A DNA stretch of 45,588 nt from Syntrophus sp. GWC2_56_31. GTDB taxonomy: Bacteria > Desulfobacterota > Syntrophia > Syntrophales > UBA5619. The stretch is from NCBI GenBank assembly GCA_001829875.1, contig MICN01000115.1, forward strand, positions 1 through 45,588, given 5' to 3'. The notes under the pieces are model-generated. The model was not told where the DNA came from. It saw nothing but the letters and a program-made list of their open reading frames with translations, and searched no databases. The first letter of the stretch is position 1. Each line of letters begins with the position of its first letter. The position numbers and the translations under genes were made by a program. This document shows, piece after piece, positions 8,673 through 15,413 of the stretch.

Positions 8673-8830
8673 GAACGCTACTTCAATCCTCCCGGAAAGT
8701 CAAGCATTTTCAAATGCAAAGATATTTCGCCCACACGACAGGCGGCGGTTCGTCCTCCTCTTTCAATCCGATCACCAGGGTCATGGCGCACCGATTCTCC
8801 GCAAGAATCCGGAAACCTCCATACACCTCG

Positions 8831-9994
8831 CTATTTGAGCAAATGGGTCTGTCCTGTTCGGATCGCATCGATGACCAGTTTTCCGGTCACTTTTAGCTTT
8901 CCCAATCTCCCTTTCTTGTGGGACATGATAATGTCGTAGAGATCTTCCTTCGTTTGCGGCGGTCTTACTTCTATAGGCTTCTTATGCAGGGCGATAGCCT
9001 TCTTAGGGCAAGTGGGGATACAGACGCCGCATCCGATGCAGCGGTTCAGGTCGATCGAGGATTGCTTCTTCTGTTCGGGTACGCTTGCCGCACCGACCTG
9101 GCAGCGCTTTTCACAAGTTCCACATCCATTGCACGCGTCGGCATCGACCGCGGCATAAAAATTTGAAGCCCAAAAATCCAAAGGTTTAGGCAAGAATTTC
9201 TGCATACCGAGCATGCCGCAGCAGCACCCGCAACACGAGCATATAAATTCCGCCTTTTCCGTATTGGATGGTTGAAGAACCAGCCCCTGTTTTTGATTTT
9301 GTTCAAGGATCGACATGGACTCATCCAGCGTGATTTCTCTTCCGATTCCACTTCGCAGGACAGCCTGGGCCATGCTGCCGACGGCAAAGCAGGTTTCTTT
9401 TCTATCCGTCACTCGACAGGGTGTGCCCCCCAATGCCTTTTTTTGGCGGCATATGCATTCGAAGATGGCATAAGGCGCTTCCGCCTGTTGCAGCAGTACG
9501 GCCACTTCATCGAATGTACTTACATTGTGTTGGGGTTGGATACTTTTTTCAATCGGTATGGTACGCATCTGGGGGAGTTTCGTGCTTAAAAATTCTATCC
9601 CGAATTTCCTGTCCGATGTGTATTCGTCAATATCTTTCAAAAACTCCGGGGTAAGCCTGCCGAGTTGAAATTCGAACATCCCCACAATAAGGGGGACATT
9701 GCAATACCGTTTTTTGCCATCCTTGACTTTTGATTCGATCCCCCCTTTTTTCTCAATACGGTCAAGCAGCTCCTCCAGTTTTTCCGATGATTCGACCAAA
9801 TGCCCGGCTCTTTCAAATACCCTTTCGAGGGGTTCAAGCTTGTAGGTCAAACACGTGGCGATCTCAGCCTCGTGGGGTGAAAAAATGTGTTTTAGAATTC
9901 TTTTCTCGGCACCCGACCTCGTCGCGGGAAACCCCACCGCCTGACTGTCTAAATGGCGCTGCAGCCTGATATACGCTCGTTCATCCTGTTCCAT
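8831..9994 (-). CDS. 4Fe-4S dicluster domain protein of unknown function
   Basis: Two ferredoxin motifs (CNGCGTCEKRC and CIGCGVCIPTCP) plus a cysteine-rich ICSCCGCCCGM segment and CICRQ. AGGAGG RBS (rc of 10000-10007). Confidence 0.8.
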   Translation of the reverse strand: MEQDERAYIRLQRHLDSQAVGFPATRSGAEKRILKHIFSPHEAEIATCLTYKLEPLERVFERAGHLVESSEKLEELLDRIEKKGGIESKVKDGKKRYCNVPLIVGMFEFQLGRLTPEFLKDIDEYTSDRKFGIEFLSTKLPQMRTIPIEKSIQPQHNVSTFDEVAVLLQQAEAPYAIFECICRQKKALGGTPCRVTDRKETCFAVGSMAQAVLRSGIGREITLDESMSILEQNQKQGLVLQPSNTEKAEFICSCCGCCCGMLGMQKFLPKPLDFWASNFYAAVDADACNGCGTCEKRCQVGAASVPEQKKQSSIDLNRCIGCGVCIPTCPKKAIALHKKPIEVRPPQTKEDLYDIIMSHKKGRLGKLKVTGKLVIDAIRTGQTHLLK

Positions 9995-10353
9995 ATGACA
10001 CCTCCTCTTCCTAGTAATTACAGGTCAATGGGTCTTCGTACGGAACCCGCCCGACACAAACCCAACCGGCAGCGGGGTGATGGTAAGGGCGTTTTGGACG
10101 TCCGGCCATTGATTTGCAACCATGCAAGCTTGCGCTCCCCGAATGACAAACGGATCACGTGCGCGTGCACATATCAGGCCGTATGATTTTCGAATCCGCC
10201 GGGATCACCGCCCCGCTGTCGAGCAGGATGAAAATCGGAACCGGTTTTTTCGTTTCGGGCATGACCCTCATAGGGTAAGAGTCCAAGGGAAGCTTCTTTC
10301 GAAAGAGAGCGACAAGGTCCGTCCAACGGCGCGCAGCGTCCGCGCCATCGCCC

Positions 10354-10416
10354 GCATAACCGGCTGGCAATGGAGCGTAGTGGAATTGCCAGTCCGGGTT
10401 GATGCAGATGTTATGT
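10354..10416 (-). repeat. attC-like imperfect palindrome 1 (R' box degenerate)
   Basis: Minus strand: ACATAAC-ATCT-GCATCAAC-CCGGACTGGCAAT-(13-nt loop)-ATTGCCAGCCG-GTTATGC. It begins 4 nt after the hicA TAA stop. Unpaired extra bases (C, C, A) are all on the 5' arm. Confidence 0.5.
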
Positions 10417-10419
10417 CCA

Positions 10420-10596
10420 TTATTTCTTAAGCATCTTAAGGATATGCTTAGCTAATGAATCTCTAATCTCGTTATGTCGGAGGACAGGTTGCGATATTTT
10501 TGTCGCTGGATTTTGATACCAATCGTGGCGGCCTCCATGGCGAATTAAGACCCACCCGATCTCCTCAATGGCGTGGATTAAATCTTTGCGCTTCAT
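10420..10596 (-). CDS. hicA: HicA-family mRNA interferase toxin
   Basis: 58-aa ORF below the ORF-track cutoff: MKRKDLIHAIEEIGWVLIRHGGRHDWYQNPATKISQPVLRHNEIRDSLAKHILKMLKK, with the YcfA/HicA pattern (G-x-H core, C-terminal I..L..I.K..G-like tail). ATGA start/stop overlap with hicB. Confidence 0.85.
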   Translation of the reverse strand: MKRKDLIHAIEEIGWVLIRHGGRHDWYQNPATKISQPVLRHNEIRDSLAKHILKMLKK

Positions 10597-10784
10597 GCAA
10601 CGCGAAGCTCCCCAACATGAAGAACATTAGGTATGCTGCCGCTGGTTAATTCCTTGTAAATATCATTCAGGTTTTCCTTTAATTCATCAAGAGTCTCCCC
10701 CTGTGTTTTATAATCGGGGAACTCTTCAAGCCATCCGATGTACATATTTTCGTCCTGATAATAGACAAATTTTTTTGTTTCCAT
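10593..10784 (-). CDS. hicB: HicB-family (UPF0150) antitoxin, short form
   Basis: METKKFVYYQDENMYIGWLEEFPDYKTQGETLDELKENLNDIYKEL matches the HicB N-terminal fold pattern (...P.. .TQG.TL.EL..N...). AAGGTGA RBS lies 6 nt upstream of the ATG at 10784. The upstream part of the listed ORF is probably not coding. Confidence 0.8.
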   Translation of the reverse strand: METKKFVYYQDENMYIGWLEEFPDYKTQGETLDELKENLNDIYKELTSGSIPNVLHVGELRVA

Positions 10785-10876
10785 GGTTATCACCTTTATG
10801 AACGTTGGTTGTGCATAACAAAAAGCCCGCTGAGAACCCGTAGCAACCCCGTGATCCAGACTGGTTTGTTTTGCAC

Positions 10877-11149
10877 TCATTTCTTTACTTCACTCATAAC
10901 ATCTTCAAGCAAGTTGTGGAACCACTTTTTCTCTTTTGCTGCATTGACAAGAATCCGCTTCCAGATGGACACAGGTTCCGTAATCGTCGTTTGGCTGCCC
11001 CAGTTTAGCCTATGTTTCGGTTTTCGATAATAACCGATCCTTATCCATTCTGATTCTTTTTCATCCTTGAATTCGATGAGATCAACCACATCCCAATAGG
11101 GTACAGTACCACTTTCGTTAGTGCTTTCAACGACCGCCCGATCTTTCAA
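10877..11149 (-). CDS. hypothetical protein (orphan cassette-like ORF, non-ATG start)
   Basis: 90 codons with no in-frame ATG near the 5' end. The track start is TTG at 11149 with only a distant GGGAG. No recognisable motif, lower GC than the flanks, and possibly a truncated gene. Confidence 0.4.
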   Translation of the reverse strand: MKDRAVVESTNESGTVPYWDVVDLIEFKDEKESEWIRIGYYRKPKHRLNWGSQTTITEPVSIWKRILVNAAKEKKWFHNLLEDVMSEVKK

Positions 11150-11268
11150 GATGCCATGTTTGTCTCCCTCATTTCCAGGATACTTGAAAGAGACCCTTCT
11201 TCATATACAGGATAGAATCTTATGTAGTTCATCGGTCGTAGGATCAGTCCTACTTAATCTTCCTTCAG

Positions 11269-11330
11269 GCATAACGCTCTGCATAACCGGCTGCCGCGAG
11301 TGGCCGTGCGTGTTGATGCGGTTGTTATGG
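11269..11330 (-). repeat. attC-like imperfect palindrome 2 (complete R''-L''...L'-R' architecture)
   Basis: Minus strand: CCATAAC-AACC-GCATCAAC-(24 nt)-GTTATGC-AGAGC-GTTATGC. The TAA stop of the nucleotidyltransferase gene (11325-11327) lies inside the first box. Confidence 0.55.
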
Positions 11331-11774
11331 AAGATGTTCTATGTCTTCTAAATCCTTATGTCTGCCAACCGCCCGTTTGTTTGACTTCAGATCATCCAAC
11401 GAAATAAAATTTACCGGGGTATCGTCAATTTCCACGATTTCGCGGCGCGAGTAACATTCATCAAATTTAACGCCGGACGCTCCGGTTATCACTTCAATCC
11501 GAACCGGGGGAACCCCCATACGGACAACCTTGTCTTTTTCAGTGAAGAGCCATTTCGTTGTTTCCAGTTCTGGCATCCCAAACGCCCGGAGCGCCTGTGC
11601 GGCCCTTTCGGCATTCGCCCCGCTGACTGCGATCCAAATATCCAGGTCTCCAGTCGCACGAGGGTAACCGTGGTACCCTACGGCATATCCGCCGACCACA
11701 AGGTACTCAACGCCGTGAGAGTTCAGCAATCTCAAGAAGTCTTTGAAGTCTGGATGAAATTCGATGGATGCCAT
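11325..11774 (-). CDS. Pol-beta-superfamily nucleotidyltransferase-like protein
   Basis: MASIEFHPDFKDFLRLLNSHGVEYLVVGGYAVGYHGYPRATGDLDIWI has the G-x-D-x-D NTase-type motif. Strong GGAGGA RBS 7 nt upstream of the ATG at 11774, which lies inside the upstream ORF. Confidence 0.75.
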   Translation of the reverse strand: MASIEFHPDFKDFLRLLNSHGVEYLVVGGYAVGYHGYPRATGDLDIWIAVSGANAERAAQALRAFGMPELETTKWLFTEKDKVVRMGVPPVRIEVITGASGVKFDECYSRREIVEIDDTPVNFISLDDLKSNKRAVGRHKDLEDIEHLP

Positions 11775-11943
11775 AAACCATCCTCCGATTGTATTCAATT
11801 GCATTCAAGCGGTCGGCTATCGTTCGTGATAGCCAATACTGCTTTTCTTCACTGTCATCACCGAGATGTGTGACCATCATTACTGCCTTATTTATACGGG
11901 GCAGTTCGTTTTCCATCAGCGTTGTTCCTTTCGTTTTATCCAT
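11707..11943 (-). CDS. small partner protein of the nucleotidyltransferase (putative antitoxin-like)
   Basis: MDKTKGTTLMENELPRINKAVMMVTHLGDDSEEKQYWLSRTIADRLNAIEYNRRMVYG...RLQRLLEIAE. Start taken at ATG 11943 (alternative GTG 11958). No clear RBS. Overlaps the downstream gene by 68 nt. Confidence 0.55.
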   Translation of the reverse strand: MDKTKGTTLMENELPRINKAVMMVTHLGDDSEEKQYWLSRTIADRLNAIEYNRRMVYGIHRISSRLQRLLEIAELSRR

Positions 11944-12005
11944 AACAGGACTGCGCACACCAGTCGGTCCACGATTCAGAACACGGGTGTAAATTGGATG
12001 GCACT

Positions 12006-12033
12006 ATTATAGTGGCGCTTTCGATCCGGTCAT
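12006..12033 (-). promoter_or_regulatory. candidate promoter with palindromic operator for the two-gene module
   Basis: Minus strand: ATGACC (rc of 12028-12033), 16-nt spacer, TATAAT (rc of 12006-12011). The -10 is embedded in the palindrome CACTAT-A-ATAGTG (12002-12014). Confidence 0.4.
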
Positions 12034-12154
12034 TCCCTCAGCTCCAGAGTGCTTTTTGAAGCGTTCGGACGAAACTCGCAAACCAGTGATGTCGTGCTAA
12101 AGTTACCAGATAAGGTCCGTTAACCGAATCATTTTATGGGTGATTTGTCAATGG

Positions 12155-14125
12155 TTATTTCTCGGCGTCGAGGAACTTGCGGATGCGGTTTGCCACCTCC
12201 CCGCCAATGCCTTCGACCTGTTTCAGCTCAACAACAGATGCGGACCGGATGCGTTTGATATCGCCGAAGAAGATCAGAAGCGCTGTCCTGCGCGCGGCGC
12301 CGATCCCGGGAATCCGGTCGAGAAGCGAACGCAGGTCTTCTTTTTCCTTCACCTTCCTGTGATAGGAGACGGCAAAGCGGTGCGCCTCGTCCCTGATCCT
12401 CTGTAAAAGAAAGAGGGCCATGGGCCACCGAGAGAGATAGACCGGGTCCTTGCGGCCCGGCAGATACACACGATCCTCCCCCTTTCCGGCCGCGTCCAGC
12501 TTACGACGGCGGCCGGCGGGGGAAAGGGCGTCGCCCTTTTTGTCCGCGGGTGGAGATAGTTTAGTGATGATCGCGCTACCCGATGACCCGCCGGGTAATT
12601 CTCCTTGAGAAGGAAGGGGGTCCGGCGGAGATGCGGGCGGCTTCCTCGGGGGATTCTCGCGCTCCTTGGCCATGCCGATCGCGTCGACCCCTTCGATGCG
12701 CAGGTCCTTCAGGACCGCCAGGGCGACGCCGAGCTGCCCCTTCCCCCCATCCACCATGATCAGATGGGGGAGGTTCTCCCGCTTCTCATAGCGTCTTTTG
12801 AGCACCTCGTAGAGCATCGCGTAGTCATCGGCCCCGGGGACGGTCCGGATCCGGAACCGGCGGTATCCCTCTTTTCGCGGCGCGCCCGCCGCGAAGGTCA
12901 CCATGGCGCCGACGGCGTATTTACCCCCGATGTTGGAGATGTCGAAGCACTCGATCAGAAACGGCACGTTGCGAAGACCGAGCTTTTCCTCGAGGAGCGG
13001 CAGGGTCTCCAGCGGCCGGTCGGCGGCGAGACGGGCGGTCCGGAAGGCGCTCTCGGCGTTCCGTTGGGCGATATCGAGGAGCGCCAGGGCCTCTCCCCGC
13101 TTCGGCGCGACAATCGCCACACCCCTACCCCGCTTCTCGGTCAGCCACTCCGCCACGACGTCGCCATCCTCCAGGTCCTCCGGGATGACGATATCATCCG
13201 GAATGTCCGCCACGCCGTCGTAATACCGTTTCAGGAGCGAGGAGAGGATTTCGCTGTTTTCCGCGCGGAGACGGATCAGGGGAAAGGCCTTCTGGCCGAT
13301 CATCCGCCCGCTGCGGATGAAGAGTGCGGAAATCTGCGTCAGGTCTCCTTCCCGACAGAGACCGAAGATGTCCCGGTTCTTGCCGGTCGCGGAGACGATT
13401 CGCTGCCGTTCAAGAGTCTCCTCGATGGCCGCGATGCGGTCCCTGAGGGCGGCCGCCGTCTCGAATCGGAGCTCCTCGGCAGCAGCGTTCATCCGGGTGC
13501 GGAGGTCTCCGATGAGCGTCCTCTCCCGGCCCTCGAGAAAAGTGATCCCGTCCTCTACCAGACGTTGGTAGGCGGCCCCGTCGATCCGTCCGACGCAGGG
13601 AGCGCTGCAGCGTCCGATCTCGTATTCGAGGCAGGGGCGGCGACGTCCCTTCAGCTCCCGGTCCCGGCAGCTCCGGAGGGGAAAGATCGTCTGGAGGAAG
13701 CGGAGGGTCTCCTTCGCTGCGGCGCTCGAGGGATAGGGGCCGAAATAGCGTCCGCCGTCCTTTTTGGGACGGCGGACGAGCTGAAAGCGGGCGAAAGGTT
13801 CCGATGGGTCGATGCGGACGTGGTAATAGGATTTGTCGTCACGGAAATCGACGTTGTACCGGGGCCGGTGCTCCTTGATCAGGTTGTTTTCAAGGATCAG
13901 CGCCTCTTTTTCCGTCCCGGTAATGATGAACTCCAGATCCTGCACACGGGAGATGAGAAAGGGGATCATCGCTCGTGCATCGGTTCTGGCGAAGTAAGAC
14001 CGAATGCGCGCCCTCAGGTCCCGGGCCTTCCCCACGTAAAGGACCTCTCCTGCCCCGTCCTTCATGAGGTAGATGCCGGGACTCCGCGGAGCGTGCTTGG
14101 CCTTGATGTCCAGGTCGCCGCTCAT
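12155..14125 (-). CDS. uvrC: excinuclease ABC subunit C
   Basis: GIY-YIG N-terminus (GIYLMKDGAGEVLYVGKA), UVR domain, RNase H-like endonuclease domain and C-terminal (HhH)2 (IPGIGAARRTALL...VEGIGGEVA). Contains an extra low-complexity insert. Confidence 0.95.
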   Translation of the reverse strand: MSGDLDIKAKHAPRSPGIYLMKDGAGEVLYVGKARDLRARIRSYFARTDARAMIPFLISRVQDLEFIITGTEKEALILENNLIKEHRPRYNVDFRDDKSYYHVRIDPSEPFARFQLVRRPKKDGGRYFGPYPSSAAAKETLRFLQTIFPLRSCRDRELKGRRRPCLEYEIGRCSAPCVGRIDGAAYQRLVEDGITFLEGRERTLIGDLRTRMNAAAEELRFETAAALRDRIAAIEETLERQRIVSATGKNRDIFGLCREGDLTQISALFIRSGRMIGQKAFPLIRLRAENSEILSSLLKRYYDGVADIPDDIVIPEDLEDGDVVAEWLTEKRGRGVAIVAPKRGEALALLDIAQRNAESAFRTARLAADRPLETLPLLEEKLGLRNVPFLIECFDISNIGGKYAVGAMVTFAAGAPRKEGYRRFRIRTVPGADDYAMLYEVLKRRYEKRENLPHLIMVDGGKGQLGVALAVLKDLRIEGVDAIGMAKERENPPRKPPASPPDPLPSQGELPGGSSGSAIITKLSPPADKKGDALSPAGRRRKLDAAGKGEDRVYLPGRKDPVYLSRWPMALFLLQRIRDEAHRFAVSYHRKVKEKEDLRSLLDRIPGIGAARRTALLIFFGDIKRIRSASVVELKQVEGIGGEVANRIRKFLDAEK

Positions 14126-14140
14126 CGCATCGGACCTTCC

Positions 14141-15358
14141 CTATTTCTTCTTTTTTGCATCCATTTTTTTCTGTAGGGCGTCGCCGAGCGAACCGAATGA
14201 GCCGGGGGCCTTGCCCACATACTTCTGATAGTCCTCGAGCTCCTCCGCCGTCTCATCCTCTGCATCCCCGATCGGTGCGAGAGAAATACGGTTGTTCTCC
14301 CGGTCGATCGCTTCGATCTTTACCGCCATGCTCTGCCCTTCCGAAAGGACCTCGGAAGGGTGCGTGATTCGCTTTCCCTTCCCCAGCTTGGAGATATGGA
14401 CGAGGCCGTCCACCCCGGGGAGCAGGGTCACAAAGGCGCCGAACTTGGTCAGACGGGCCACTGTGCCGGTAAAGGAGGCGCCCACGGGGAATTCCTTCTC
14501 GACCCGCTCCCAGGGATCGGGTAGGTTCGACCGCAAACTCAGGGAGATCCTGTTGGTCTCCCAGTCAAGCTTGAGGATGACCGCTTCGATTTCCTGACCG
14601 ACGCTCAGCCGCTGATGGATATCGGTCACATGCTCCCATGCGATCTCGGAGATGGGGATAAGCGCCTGGATGCCTCCGATATCGACAAAAGCGCCAAACT
14701 TCTGGACCGAGACGATCTTCCCTCTCACCGGCATCCCCTCTTTCAGCGACACCTTCAGGCCCTCCCGCAGCTTCGCCTGCTCCTCCTCGAGGATCGCCCG
14801 GTGCGAGAGCACGATGTTGCGTCCCCGCTCACCGAACTCGATGATCTTGAAAGCGAGGCGCTGTCCGATCCACTGAGCCGGCGCCTCCGCGCGGACGAGT
14901 CCCATCTGGGAGAAGGGGCAAAATCCCCTGGAACCACCGCCCACCTTGATCTCAAAGCCCCCCTTCACCTCCCGCTCGACAAGCCCCTCCACGGGAATCC
15001 CGCCGTGTGCGGCGTCTTCGAGGAACGCCCGCCCCGCCTCGCCGGCCCCGACCTTCGTCGTGAAGAGCTTTTCATTGTGCTGTGAAGAGAGAAAATAGGC
15101 CCGAACCGAATCCCTTTCCTTCACGGTCAACTTTCCTTCTGCGTCGAGGAACTCCTTGCGGTCCAGATACCCTTCGTGCTTCCCGCCCACGTCGATGAAG
15201 ACCCATTCCGGCGTGATCTTCACGATCACCGCCTCCACGCGCTGGCCGGGTTTCAGCCAGCCGCTGTCAGGCTCGCTTTCGCCCAGCAGCTCGGCAAAAC
15301 TCTTCTCATCGCCCTCCGCTTCCATACTCTGATTGCTTTCTTCCATTATCATCCCCAT
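14141..15358 (-). CDS. S1 RNA-binding domain protein (ribosomal protein S1-like, multi-S1)
   Basis: Repeated S1 OB-fold segments (GQRVEAVIVKI..., VEGLVEREVKGGFEI..., PVRGKIVSVQKFGAFVDIGG..., FTGTVARLTKFGAFVTL). Start is uncertain among Met codons at 15358/15352/15346; the track start 15412 is less likely. Confidence 0.8.
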   Translation of the reverse strand: MGMIMEESNQSMEAEGDEKSFAELLGESEPDSGWLKPGQRVEAVIVKITPEWVFIDVGGKHEGYLDRKEFLDAEGKLTVKERDSVRAYFLSSQHNEKLFTTKVGAGEAGRAFLEDAAHGGIPVEGLVEREVKGGFEIKVGGGSRGFCPFSQMGLVRAEAPAQWIGQRLAFKIIEFGERGRNIVLSHRAILEEEQAKLREGLKVSLKEGMPVRGKIVSVQKFGAFVDIGGIQALIPISEIAWEHVTDIHQRLSVGQEIEAVILKLDWETNRISLSLRSNLPDPWERVEKEFPVGASFTGTVARLTKFGAFVTLLPGVDGLVHISKLGKGKRITHPSEVLSEGQSMAVKIEAIDRENNRISLAPIGDAEDETAEELEDYQKYVGKAPGSFGSLGDALQKKMDAKKKK

Positions 15359-15413
15359 GCAAATAAAATTTTCGGCATCTTGCCCCTGTTCCCCTTGCGC
15401 TGTCAAGGGCAAA

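Noticed and set aside
10155-10370. 71-aa ORF (TTG start) downstream of hicA.
   Set aside because: Its N-terminus is simply the translation of attC-like repeat 1. It has no RBS and no recognisable domain, so I treat it as non-coding or remnant sequence.
12605-14176. Long antisense ORFs opposite real genes, for example 12605-14176 (+) opposite uvrC, 25965-27527 (+) opposite uvrB, 17067-18893 (-) opposite the SDR/binding-protein genes, 1381-2331 (-) and 2542-3354 (-) opposite the radical-SAM gene, 20692-21927 (-), 30740-31705 (-), 36315-37268 (-), and 43086-43973 (-).
   Set aside because: Their products are Arg/Pro/Gly/Asp-rich low-complexity sequences with no motifs. Each lies exactly opposite an ORF with strong family signatures. 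Stop-codon-poor antisense frames are expected in GC-rich DNA.
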